A stretch of DNA of 64,000 nucleotides. Source: the human T2T-CHM13v2.0 reference genome, Homo sapiens. The DNA lies in assembly GCF_009914755.1 (NCBI RefSeq), contig NC_060933.1; one strand, 5' to 3'. Of the stretch, positions 1-17,167 are shown piece after piece. The notes under the pieces are model-generated. The model had not been told where the DNA came from. It ran no database searches and worked only from the letters and a program-made list of their open reading frames with translations. A program made the position numbers and the translations under genes. The first letter of the stretch is position 1, and each line of letters begins with the position of its first letter.

Positions 1-170
1 ATAATAAAGACTCTGGAACCACTCACTAAAGGTGGGACTTTGGACAAAAATCCTTCAGTGCCTCAGTTTCCTCATCCATAAAATTATGAAAATAGTATAT
101 ATTTCAGAGTGATGGTGTGAGGAACAGTGCCTGACACATAGTACACACAAAGTGTTCATTATCATTATTT
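1..170 (+). mobile_element. MIR fragment
   Basis: Core gtgcctcagtttcctcatccataaaat and cagtgcctgacacatagta. Confidence 0.7.
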
Positions 171-185
171 TTAATTACTTACATA

Positions 186-730
<545 letters not shown>

Positions 731-1613
731 TGTATTTATGTACATGAATGTGTCCTTGTAAAAATTCAAATATCTAAATATATGGAATAAAATGAGTAAG
801 TCATCTTTTGCCAATCTGTTCTCCTCCCTAGAATAACCAGATCAGTGAATGCACTTTGAGTTCTTTAACATTATATTCACACGTATTTTATTTTTGCACA
901 GTGCACGTTTTCTCCAACTTCTTTTTTCACTTAAATGATATATGTCATGGAAATCTTTCTATGAATTTGGGTCTCACTAATACTTTTTAAGATCGAACTG
1001 CAAGGCAGCAGCGAGACTAGGGGAGGAGCGCCCGCCATTGCTGAGGCTTGAGTAGGTAAACAAAGCAGCCAGGAAGCTCAAACTGGGTAGAGCCCACCAC
1101 AGCTCAAGGAGGCCTGCCTGCCTCTGTAGACTCCACCTCTGGGGGCAGGGCATAGCTGAATAAAAGGCAGCAGAAACTTCTACAGACTTAAACGTCCCTG
1201 TCTGACAGCTTTGAAGAGAGTAGTGGTTCTCCCAGCACGGAATTTGAGATCTGAGAATGTACAGACTGCCTCCACAAGTGGGTCCCTGACCCCCGAGTAG
1301 CCTAACTGGGAGGCACCTCCAAGTAGGGGCAGACTGACACCTCATACGGCAGGGTGTCCCTCTGAGACGAAGCTTCCATAGGAACGACCAGGCAGCAACA
1401 TTTGCTGTTCTGCAATATTTGCGGTTGTGCAGCCTCTGCTGGTGATACCCAGGCAAACAGGGTCTGGACTGGACCTCCAGCAAACTCCAACAGACCTGCA
1501 GCTGAGGGTCCTGACTGTTAGAAGAAAAACTAACAAACAGAAAGGACATCCACACCAAAACCCCATCTGTACGTCACCATCATCAAAGGCCAAAGGTAGA
1601 TAAAACCACAAAG

Positions 1614-2714
1614 AAGGGGAGAAACCAGAACAGAAAAGCTGAAAATTCTAAAAATCAGAGCACCTCTTCTCCTTCAAAGGAATGCAGCTCCTCATCAGCA
1701 ATGGAACAAAGCGGGACGGAGAATGACTTTGATGAGTTGAGAGAAGAAGGTTTCAGATGATCTGTGCACATGTACCCTAAAACTTAAAGTATAATTAAAA
1801 AAAAAAAGAAAAAAGAAAAAAGAAGGCTTCAGATGATCGATAATAACAAACTTCTCTGAGCTAAAGGAGGATGTTCGAACCCACTGCAAAGAAGCTAAAA
1901 ACCTTCAAAAAAGATTACACGAATGGCTAACTAGAATAAACAGTGTAGAGAAGTCCTTAAATGACCTGATGGAGCAGAAACCATGGCAAAAGAACCACAT
2001 GACGCATGTACGAGCTTCAGTAGCTGATTTGATCAACTGGAAGAAAGGGTATCAGTGACTGAAGACCAAATGAATGAAATGAAGCAAGAAGAGAAGTTTA
2101 GAGAAAAAAGAGTAAAAAGAAATGAACAAAGCCTCCAAGAAATATGGGACTATGTGAAAAGACCAAATCTACGTCTGATTGGTGTACCTGAAAGTGACAG
2201 GGAGAAAGGAACCAAGTTGGAAAACACTCTGCAGGATATTATCCAGGAGAACTTCCCCAACCTAGCAAGGCAGACCAACATTCAAATTCAAGAAATACAG
2301 AGAATGCCACAAAGATACTCCTCGAGAAGACCAAATCCAAGACACATAATTGTCAGATTCACCAAATTTGAAATGAAGGAAAAAATATTAAGGGCAGCCA
2401 GAGAGAAAGGTCGGGTTACCCACAAAGGGAAGCCCATCAGACTAACAGCGGATCTCTTGGCAGAAACTCTACAAGCCAGAAGAGGTGGGGGCCAATATTC
2501 AACATTCTGAAAGAAAAGAATTTTCAACCCAGAATTTCATAACCAGCCAAACTAAGCTTCATAAGTGAGGGAGAAATAAAATCCTTTACAGACAAGCAAA
2601 TGCTGAGAGATTTTGTCACCACCAGACCTGCCTTACAAGAGCTCCTGAAGGAAGCACTAAACATGGAAAGGAACAACTGGTACCAGCCACTGCAAAAATA
2701 TGCCAAATTTTTAA
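1614..2714 (+). pseudogene. L1 ORF1p remnant (start ATG mutated to AAG, frameshifts, nested insertion)
   Basis: ORF 2055..2510 (NEQSLQEIWDYVKRPNLRLIGVPE...KPIRLTADL) is L1 ORF1p; aaaaccacaaagAAGggg at the expected start. Confidence 0.93.
1763..1819 (+). mobile_element. Extremely 5'-truncated younger L1 (34 bp plus A-rich tail) nested in ORF1
   Basis: tgtgcacatgtaccctaaaacttaaagtataatt plus A tail, flanked by 19-bp TSD aagaagg(t/c)ttcagatgatc at 1744-1762 and 1820-1838. Confidence 0.92.
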
Positions 2715-2776
2715 GACCATTGATGCCAGGAAGAAACTGCATCAACTAACGAGCAAAATAACCAGCTAACATCATA

Positions 2777-6556
<3,780 letters not shown>

Positions 6557-6951
6557 ACAATGAGAACACTTGGACACAGGATGGGGAACATCACACACTG
6601 GGGCCTGTCGTGGGGTGGTGGGAGGAGGGATAGCATTAGGAGATATACCTGATGTAAATGAGGAGTTAATGGGTGCAGCACACCAACATGGCACATGTAT
6701 ACATATGTAACAAACCTGCTACGTTGTACACATGTACCCTAGAACTTGAAGTATATATAAAAAAAAGATCTGCATAGTTTTGGATGGTATATATTTAAAA
6801 TGATCTTCCTGTTCTAGATAGATAAACCTCTAGATATTAGAGAGTTGTCAATTTTCGCTCTTATAAACAATGCTGCAACCCTGTAAATATGAGTAAGATT
6901 TACGCTTACTTATCTCTATTTCAGAATAACTTTCTAGGGATATAGTACACT

Positions 6952-7290
6952 CAGCAGCCCTCCATATCCATGGGTTCTGCACTCATGAATCCAACTGTGA
7001 TTAAGAATAGTGGGGAAAAAATGGATGGCTGTGACTTTGTTGAACATGCACAACCATTTTTTTCTTGCCATTATTCTTTAAACAATATAGTATAACGACT
7101 ATTTTTACAGCATTTGCATCGTATTATTAGTAATCTGGAGATGATTTAAGTATACAGGAGGCTGTACAAAGGTTACATACAAAACTACACCATTTTATAT
7201 AAGGGACTTGGGCATCCATGAACGTTGGTATCTTTGGGGGTGGGGGGCTCCTGGAATGAATCTCCCGCAGATATCCAGGGATGACTGTAT
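6952..7290 (-). mobile_element. MER2-like TcMar-Tigger non-autonomous DNA transposon
   Basis: Inverted termini cagcagccctccatatcc ... gatatccagggatgactg; internal gtaatctggagatgatttaagtatacaggagg matches recalled MER2. Confidence 0.75.
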
Positions 7291-7512
7291 TTCTAGTCCA
7301 CAAGGTTGCTCACCATTGAGTAACTTCTTTTTACCTGCACATGGAGGTGTATTTTAAGTGTCCATTCAAATCAGTGATTGATGAGAATACACAGTGTATT
7401 TTTCCTCTAGGCCACAGAAACTAATTTCTGAAATGAAATTTTTTTAACTAATTGACTTTTTGCTAGTTTTTGAATAGCCCAAAGAAAATGGGATTATATT
7501 CTCAAATTCAAA

Positions 7513-7537
7513 TCATCATCATCATCATCATCATCAT
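7513..7537. repeat. (ATC)n microsatellite
   Basis: Direct reading of about 8 atc units. Confidence 0.9.
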
Positions 7538-7552
7538 AGCTTATGTTTTTGA

Positions 7553-7993
<441 letters not shown>

Positions 7994-8350
7994 TGATTTT
8001 CATTACTTTTCTTTCAGATTAGTTTATAGATTTTTAGATTTGAGGCTTAGAAGAAAATTCCTTAGTTTAGTATAGTAGAACTATTTTCCTGTATTTTATT
8101 TAAAGCTTAATAATACAAATTTTAGAAGTGCAAATATATTTTATTATATTCTTTATCTCTTTATCTTTTTTATTTGTAAGATAAAAGTAAAGATTTATCT
8201 CACAAATAAATGTTTATAAAAAATGAGATAGCAAAAGCAATTATTTTAGCCTGCCTAGGAGATTTAAAAATTGGTTCCACAGGTCTGTAAGAATAAACAC
8301 AATTTTCTATAGACAAATTTTAAAGTATAATTCGAAGTACATCAGAAATA

Positions 8351-8877
8351 CAGTCGTCTCCCCTTATCTGCAGTTTCGCTCACTTTCCATAGTTTCAATT
8401 ACCTGTGGTTAATCACAGCCTGAAAATATTAAATAGAAAATTTCAGAAATAAGCAATTCATAAGTTTTAAATTGCTCACTATCCTGAGTAATGTGATGAA
8501 AACACGTGTCACCCTGCTCTGTCCTGCATGGGACGTGAATCATCCCTTTGTCCAGCATATCCATGCCCTATAAGCAACCCACCTATCAGTCACTTAAGTA
8601 GCCCTCTGGGTTATCAGGTGGGTTGTCATGGTATCACAGTGCTTGTGTTCAAATCACTCTTATTTCAATCAACAACGGCTCCAAAGTGCACAAGTAGTGA
8701 TGCTGGCATATTGCTACAATTTTCTATTTTATTAGTGGTTCTTGTTGTTAATCTCTGTGCCTCATTTATAAAAGCAACTTCATCACAGGTGTGTATGTAT
8801 AAGAAAAAAACATAGTACATATAGGGTTCAGCACTGTTTGCAGTTTCTGGCATCCACCAGGGATTTGGGGACTACTG
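8351..8877 (+). mobile_element. MER44-like (Tigger7 family) DNA transposon
   Basis: Termini cagtcgtctccccttatc ... ggggactactg; ~530 bp. Confidence 0.75.
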
Positions 8878-9789
8878 CAGTCACTTTCTCTCAAGGTATC
8901 ACCTCCATTTCTCACATCTGAGTTGTCACCATCAAAATACTCATTGTTTTGGGCCTACAAGCCTTTTAAAGTTCATTATTAAAGTTTAAATAGCCTTTTA
9001 TGGGGATTCTTATCAGTTAGTGCCTTTTTCATTCATTTGTCCAGGATGTTTATTAAACCAGAACACCGGCACTCCCTGGGCTAGGAAACAAGGAGCGCAC
9101 AGGCTGGGGCCCAGAGAGTTTACACGACTCCTGAGGACAACCGACTCAGACGGGGTCCGAAGAAATTCAGATCGGTGAATGGGTGAACCACACAGAGAAC
9201 TAGAAAAGACTACGTTGGCCCACTTCACCATTTTGCCCTGAGATGGTTCTGTGGACTTAACAAGAAAAGGAAAAGGATAAAGCCTGTGCCAGAAGAAGTG
9301 GTTCAGGAGGTAAGGGTTTCTAAGATAGTGTATGGCTTTACAATGTATAGCTCTCTCCTCCAAGTACATTTCAGAGAAAAATCCTGAGCAATATAAAACC
9401 TTGAGCAAGCTGAAAGCAATAAAAATGTACTGGACTGTGATAAAAAGGACATTTTGCCAATTTATAATTACACTCGTAACATATAAGCTGTTTCATACTT
9501 TACAAGTTGCGCTTGCTAGGAGTCAGGTCTGTGGATGTATGTAATCTTTCCTCTCTATACTTCTGCATAAGCCTATTTTTCTTCAAAATTTTATAGCTGT
9601 TTGTGTAGTGACTCCAAATAAAAACAGTGAAAATACACTGATTATTTTTCAACTCTAAATACCCACTTTAAGTATAGCTGAAGAATGAAAGGATATAATC
9701 CTCCTATTGGTCCCTTGTTGCTAAGAAGCATTTCCATTGCAGATTTTGAGTATTACATTCATTGAAAAAGTCTTATGCATATTTTATGG

Positions 9790-10220
9790 CATAATTATTT
9801 TTATTGTAAGAAACTCAACATGAAATCTATCATCTTAAACAATACAGTATCATTAACTATAGGCACAGTTTTGTACAGCAGATCGCTAGAACTTGTTTAA
9901 CTGAAATTTATTTCGAAAGAGATAGCAAGTGTTGGCAAGGATGTGAAAAAAAGGAACCCCTTTTGCACCATTGATGGGAATGTAAATGGTGCAGCTGCAA
10001 TGGAAAACATTATGGCAAATCCTCAAAAGATTAAAAATAGAACTATCATATGATCCAGCAATCTTACTTTCGGGTATATACACCCCCCCAATATAAAATG
10101 AAGATGTTAAAGAAATATTGGCCCTCCTATGTTCACTGCAGCATTATCCACAATAGCCAAGATGTGGAAATAACCCAAATGTCCACTGATGAGTGGAATG
10201 GATAAACAAAATATGGTATA
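9790..10220. mobile_element. Old L1M fragments in opposite orientations (3' end on minus ~9790-9910; ORF2-end piece on plus ~9920-10220)
   Basis: gtgttggcaaggatgtg...gggaatgtaaatggtgcagc (L1 sense) and ttaactataggcacagttttgtacagcagatc (L1 3' end, antisense). Confidence 0.7.
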
Positions 10221-10744
10221 ATTTTTAAAATCACAAACTGAGTTGGTCTAATGTCTTAATATTGGCATGTCATTTTCAGCTTGACATTCACACCTTGAAG
10301 ATTCAGTTAAACACAGAATAGCAATCTGCATCTTTAATATCATCTCGGTGGGGCTCAGACTTTCCTGTCACTGAACTTTCTGTAGGTCCTCAGTGCTGTG
10401 AGGAGCTTAGAGGCCCAATAGCAACCTGTCCTCTGGGATTCCGTCTTCCAAGTTGGAGCAACTGGGAGAACAACAGGGGCCACTGGAACTGTCCAACAGA
10501 GTCCTGCAGCTGCAGGACAGCCATGGGGTAGATGGAGGACAGTCAGAATTCTCTGCTTCTTTCATTTCCCACAGAGCTGTTGTCCCCGTCTTCCTCCCCA
10601 CAGTCAGTGCTGTGGGCTCACTTTGCAAACCACACAAGGACCGGCCTGTGAGAAACTTCCAGTAGAAAATCCTGCCACCCTGAGAAACCAGGAGTTTCCA
10701 GAATCTTTCTGTCCACATGTCACCTACTTATAAACTGAGGGAGG

Positions 10745-10980
10745 CAGTGCTGGATTCTGTGGTGAGGCAGGGTTGGGGGGAAGGGTTTTTAACTTGAAGA
10801 TCTAAATAAACCAGAGTTCAAGACCTGTCACAATTCCAAGTATGATGTAAATCACTCATCCCCCTTGAATTTCCCATCTTCATTTGCAAAATGGAGGTAA
10901 TGGTGATTACTCCTAGGATCTTATCTGAGGGAAGATGTATAGATATCAGTAAACATAATGCACTGTGGAAAATTCAAATG
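10745..10980 (+). mobile_element. MIR
   Basis: Degenerate core tcttcatttgcaaaatggaggtaat. Confidence 0.55.
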
Positions 10981-12089
10981 ATTTCCATTTCAAGTACACT
11001 TTGGGATGAAGCAAGGTTGAAAGAAAATAAGGAAGACAAGGTTTTGTTTTTGTTTCTTGGGTCTTGCTCTAATAAATTCACAAAGGAGTTTGAAAGGTGA
11101 TAGCAGCTGGGTGTTTCATAGCCAACAGGCCTACACATACCACAGAAACCACGCAGCAAAATGTAAATTTTAAAATATGTTCCCTTCTTTTTAACTTTCA
11201 GCAAGCTTAACAGATTTCAAAATTACACTAAAATTCTCCCAGAGTTAAATGTTGTTTTTCCACTCTGGAAAAGGGAAATTAGATTGAAAAATAGAATATT
11301 AAAAAATAGGTAATAATGGAAGAAAATGCATTGGGTGGGGGGCTCTAACTACGTACACTTTGAAAAAGGAAGATGTTTTCCTACTCTGTCTTTCTAGAAG
11401 AGTTGTGTCTGGTCCTACTCAAGTCTGCAGAGGGTCAGTTTCCTGTTCACTTGCTCACAGCAGCTTGCAGTCCTTCTCAGTCCCAACTTCTAATTTTATT
11501 CATTTTCACCCCAATGTAGAATTTGTTTCTCACAGTACTCATCAACGTAAGCCACGGTTCAGTCTTCCTATGCAATGTATATTAAATACTGTATTACATT
11601 TTAAAATACGAGTTATGAGATGTTAGTCACATTCATTAATCTGCATGTGAAAATACAACTAAAATGTGGGCACGGTGAGTCCCTGGGGCCGCAGTTCTCA
11701 GGGTTTATTGAGCACATGATTTCTTTCAAGGTGAATGTGATTTAACTTAAAAAGTTTTGCTGTTTTTATAAAGGACAATCAGACTTCTCCGTATTATTTG
11801 GCATCGCTGCAGGGTTCAGACTTTGAATGAAGGTAGAAAATTAGCCTTCAGCATACAAAGTAAAATGTCAATAATAAGAAGTAAGTGGTTACTAAAGCTA
11901 AAATCAGGAGGAAAAAAGCAGAAAGCAAAACCAAAGCAAATTCAATCCCAAATTAAGTTTAAATGGGAAGATAAATTAAAAATTAAATTTTAAAATGACA
12001 TAGCAAATTATAAATAGAAAGAAATGAGTCTAGTCGAGTTCTGCAGCCTCCAGCCTGGAGAAGGGTGGGGTGAGATGAAAACATTCAGA

Positions 12090-12232
12090 CTTCCTTCCTT
12101 CCCTTCCTTCCCTCCCTCCCTCCCTCCCTCCCCCACTCCCCTCTCCCACTCCTCCCTTCTCCCTCCCCCTTCCCCCCTCCCCCCTTCTGCCCCTTCCTCC
12201 CTTCCTTCCTTCCTTCCTTCCTTCCTTCCTTC
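12090..12232. repeat. Polypyrimidine (CCTT/CCCT)n tract
   Basis: Direct reading. Confidence 0.9.
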
Positions 12233-12940
12233 TGGTGTGAACTGCACCAGCACCCTGCCCCTCGCCCCTCTCACCTGCATCTCCTTTTCATCCTTTCTCC
12301 CTCTCTTGGTTGGTTCTCTGTTTGTGATAGTGTTTTAGGACCAACCACTTGGGTTCAGATTTCTTTAGAGGACAAAATGCCAGAGGGACTAGAAAGGAGG
12401 AGGGGGTTCCTATGACTCAGAGGGAAAAGAACTTGGGCCTGGAACTAAGTCTCCTGCCCCTTCTGCATGAAAGTGCCCTGGAGTCCTCAGCTGAGCAAAT
12501 CCATATTCCTTTAAAAGGCAGGAAATGCATTTTGCCCAGCACTAAATTCGTCCTCACTGATAAATTCCAAACCTGAGGGGGAACAGCTGTGCCTGATCAT
12601 CGCCCTCACTCCCACCAGGGAGACAGAATCCATAGAATCCACAGCGTGCCAAACAGTTAGGGATTAATGTTTCTGTGTGGAACCCTGAAGAGAGACACGT
12701 TCTGGGCTGGGATGGCAGCAAAACCACATCACTCCAGAATTCCAATCAGAGACCCGAGAGCAGCCATTCCCCCAGGCCTCTCATCCCTATCATCCCCGGA
12801 CATGTCTTCAAATCGTATGCCGTTGATCCTCAGATCAATCTGTCCTTTTCTGGGCTCTCTACACTCCCATCCGCCCATGCACTCCCCACTACTCTTCTTC
12901 CTTCCCCACAGTTTTTTTTCTGTGCACTCTTTGACCCTCA

Positions 12941-13050
12941 TAAAGAAGGGAAGGGAAAAGGAGGGGAGGGGAAGGGAAGGGAGGGAAAGGAAAAAGAAAG
13001 GAGAGAGGGAAGGGGGATGAGGTTGAGGGGAGGAAAGAAGGAAGAAAAAA
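12941..13050. repeat. Polypurine GA-rich tract
   Basis: Direct reading. Confidence 0.85.
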
Positions 13051-14360
13051 GACTACTTTAATCTTATCTGAGAATATTCTGGTGTAGCCTAGAAATTGAG
13101 ACTGGCTCCCCAGGTGGGCAGCCCAAGGTTTCTGGTACAGGCTCTGCTTGTGTGACATGAGCTCATTACTGAGCCTCTCTAAAGTTGTATTTCTTCATCC
13201 CAAGTTAATGATGAAAAAGTAAATAATAGAATGCAGCTAAAATTCTAAAAATCTCACCTGGTACACAATAAATACTCAGTTATATTGGGTGTCAGACACT
13301 GATCTACACCTTGATTAAAACTCAGGTCTTCCTTTTGGACACCCCTGCCCTTGTAACACTCAGGAATGCAGTTTCCTCATTTCCCCTCATCTTATTTGTG
13401 GTGGGGTCTGGATACATTTTCACCAATCTCCTTTGATTTCATAACATTGCACCTCCTCACAAAAGTAACTGAACTAACACAATGAGAAAGTTATCTCTTC
13501 TCTTAAATATCATTTGACTATAGCTCCCTCTACCCTTCCTGGCCATTGTAATTCATTTTCTAAACTCCGAGTCATTCCCTTACACTTATCACCATCTCCT
13601 CTATCCCAAAGCCACAATATGAACATCCTTGAGGAATACCAATAAGATCCTTTGACTTCAAGTTCCCTGATGCAAATGAGCTCCAGCTGCTTCACTTCAG
13701 CCTCATTCCCATGGCCAACCTCATCACCACCTGGGATGGGGGCACCATCTTTGAAATCTTATTTAAACTCTGTGTTGACTGTACACCTCTAGATATTCCC
13801 AGATCTCTCACTCCCACACTATAGCTTCTTTGACATGCTGACTCTTTCTGATTTTCATTATCAGCCTCTCTTGATCTAACTGTCCTCTCCACATTGCCCA
13901 AACAGCATGGTACCTTTTTTTCCAGACTCTTTTGCCAATTTGTTAGCATTTATGTAGCCAAATCCTCAATGTCGGCATACCTGCAGATGCTAATTCTAGG
14001 TCAGTCTTCTCAGTTGCCTTCACAGGTTCTGCAAACAGCTGACTATTGCTGGGGAAAACCCCCCAGCTGTGCGGGTGGGGTCCCTATTCATGGTCTCCAT
14101 CCTGGGGTCTGTATGCTACGAGGACAATGGTCCTTAGCCTTGAATGAATATGGGAATCATCAGGTGGATTCTTTAACATACTGCTTAGTTCCTACTCTCT
14201 TGAGGTTCGGATTTAAGTGGTCTGGGCAGGTGTTTCCAGTGTAGAAATGTACTATTACTAGGGACTCTTGTTGTTCCCTGTCAAAATCTTTTTCCATTCC
14301 ACATCCTCTACTACACACACATAAACATTTCCTACCTTAATTCCACTTTTCCCTTATCAC

Positions 14361-14664
14361 TTTTTTGTTTGTTTGTTTGTTTTTGAGACAGGCTCTTGCT
14401 TTGTCACCCAGGCTGGAGTGCACTGGCTCGATCACAGCTCATTGCAGCCTCGATCTTCCAGACTCAAGCAATCTTCCTTAGTTTTCCGAGTAGTTGGGAC
14501 TACAGGCACACACCACTACAACTAGGTAATTTTTGTATTTTTTTGTAGAGACAGGGGTCTCACTGTGTTGCCCAGGCTGGTCTCAGACTCCTGCACTCAA
14601 GGGATCTGCCTGCCTCAGCCTACCAAAGTGTTGGGATTACAGGTATGAGCCACAGCACCTGATC
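14361..14664 (-). mobile_element. AluJ
   Basis: (tttg)n tail plus diverged antisense dimer. Confidence 0.9.
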
Positions 14665-15169
14665 CTTCATCACTCATATCACAGAGCTTGAATCTTCTGA
14701 ACATCAAGTAGATAAGAAACAGCTATAAACTCCCTTTCAGAAATTTAAAATAAAGCGTATATAATTAGCTATTTTCCTCCTGTTTCAGAAAACATCACTG
14801 TTTTTCAGTGTCTTCTGTGTTCTGGATCCTTTTCCCTGCCATCCCTCTGGGACGTTGCCCCTCAGCTACTCTGTGAGTTTCTTCTGTCTCCAAGCTGTTG
14901 ATGGGCATGGGAGTTCCACCAGCATCCCTGGCAGTGACCAGGCTCTAGTCGCTCTAGCTTCCACTTCACACTGTCTCCTGCCCGATGTCCCTCTTGCTAC
15001 TGCTGTCCCACTCTCTTTTTCTAAGCATCCCGACTTCTACAGAAAGTATTCATCATTTGCTCTCTCCTTTTCATTAACTCATTTCCTCTCCTCAGTCCTC
15101 TGCAATCAGGCATCTACTCTTATCCATTCATCAATTTACTGATGACCTCCGATCTATCACTAATTTATA

Positions 15170-15350
15170 GATTATTTTGTTTTCATTTTCACAATAATCC
15201 TATAATGTATGTTCTATAATAACACCTACTATATAGATGAAGAAACAAGGTACAAAGTGGTTAATCAGCTAGTCCAAGTTCATACAGCTAGCAAATGAAG
15301 CCAGTATTTGAACCCAACTGATTTGACTCAGAATCTGCATTCTTACCTAC
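15170..15350 (-). mobile_element. MIR
   Basis: agatgaagaaacaaggtacaaagtggttaa...gtccaagttcatacagctag...atttgaaccca. Confidence 0.7.
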
Positions 15351-17167
15351 GTCCTGCTTTGTCTTCCAGTTCACCTGACATTTGCTTGCTCTGATGACAA
15401 AATTCTGCCCTACCTGATTTGACATTCCTAGCATTCCAGTCAGTCTTGGGTTAAATAGCTGAAGTGGGACTATTATTTCCAGACTCCACTGTTAAAATGC
15501 ACAAAGAAGCCAGAACAGAGGGAGTGTGCTGATGGTTTTCACTAATTATTTTCCTCTACCACATTAGCTTGGGTACCAGATCCAGCCACGTTTTTGGTGC
15601 CACAACCCAAGGAGCTGGAGGGTAAGGATCCACAGAGGGGAAGGGATAGAGGAGATGAGAGGAAGGAGAGGAAAGAAGAGAAGAGAAGAGAAGAGAGAAA
15701 GGGTGAGGATGACCAGCTCAGTACCCAGTGTTCTGCAGCTCTGGAAGGTAGGCCTGCCTTGATCTAAGATGTGATCCTACAGGACCTCTGGCAACCAGAA
15801 GCTCCAAACAATGCCCAAAGCAGGTAACATGAAAAAAGATTTGGGAAGGATAAGAAATGCATATTCCTGAACCTGAACTCAGAGGTAGCTACAGCTTACT
15901 CTGCCCAGTCACAGCACATAAATGCAGTTTCCTTTCAGAAATAATTTTCGCAAAAGATTTTGTGTCATAGCTTAAGGAATTTAGCTCAGATGAAGAAAAA
16001 AAATCTTAGTATTAAGATTCTAAATAGAACAATAAAAGAAACCCATAGTACAAATTAATGAGATGTGATAGGGCTAATTTCTCTGTTTAGAGATGTTTTA
16101 ACTGTGACTTGACAATACTGACATGCAAGCTCTTCAGGAGAACCTAGTTTTCATTTGAGCTTGCTTAATTAATTACTGAAGTAATGAATTCATTCTGATT
16201 CAAGGGTAGACAATTGACTGTTAATGTAAATTTATTGGCCGTTTAACTTTTTTTATTATTTTGGAGAAGCAAGGATGGAAAAAATACCACCAGAGTAAAT
16301 TTACATTGTGTTCTTGGGATATTTTTCAGTAATTTTTGCAAACTTCCTTACAATAAATAGAAGCTGTTCCTAAACCTGAATTTATTTTTCCTTTCAGTCA
16401 GAAGTTTAGCTAATAAAACTTTTGCCAGAGTGTAGCACAATAGCTCCCTTGGGAACTCTTTCAACTGCGTAATTTTTTCTCTCTCTTGTAAAAAGAATGA
16501 CATGGTGTCTTTAAAATGTTCAAGGCTCTGAAAGAAAGACAAGCCATTTGATATGAATGATTAATAAGAACATTAAGGAATACAAAATAAGAGGAGTTTA
16601 AATATAAAAAAATTCTCATTTTCAGAATGCAGATCAAATCTGACTTCTCTTCTATTTTTCCTGTTTCACAGACAAAATCCTGACTGAGGTTAAGTGCTAA
16701 TGTTTTTAATGCCCATCTTTTATTCTCATGCTTGACACCAATCGGCTACTTCAGAGCTAGTGTCTTGACACGTGAATCTTTTCCACAGCACCAAAGGTTA
16801 TTCCACAAGGACATCTGTGAAAGGAAGAATATATTTCTAACGCAATAAACAAAGGATTTTATGCAAAGCCTATTTAGACAGGAAATGGAAACGCGGATGA
16901 GAGAGAAGCCATGTTGTTCAGGTCCTGCTATTTATGAGGGAGAGTTTTCCTTGAGAAATGCATGTCTCTTTATAAGCAGAAACCTCTGTAAGGTAATCCA
17001 GCAGTGATGGAACGAGATATGATATTACGTTTTAATCAAAAAGAGAGTCATTAAGAATATAGCATTATTAATATTTATTCTTATCCATATTATATTTTAA
17101 AGTATTAGGAAAATATTCATTGTGGAGATGATTTAAGAATCTATCCATATGAGGAAATAAAACAAAG

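Noticed and set aside
977-1611. 193-aa and overlapping minus-strand ORFs
   Set aside because: Antisense reading of the L1 5'UTR; no independent coding evidence.
10501-10518. Perfect 18-bp palindrome gtcctgcagctgcaggac
   Set aside because: About 0.25 such palindromes are expected by chance in 64 kb (64000/4^9); no supporting context.
12008-13158. Cluster of overlapping ORFs rich in P/S or G/R/E/K
   Set aside because: Caused by stop-poor polypurine/polypyrimidine tracts.
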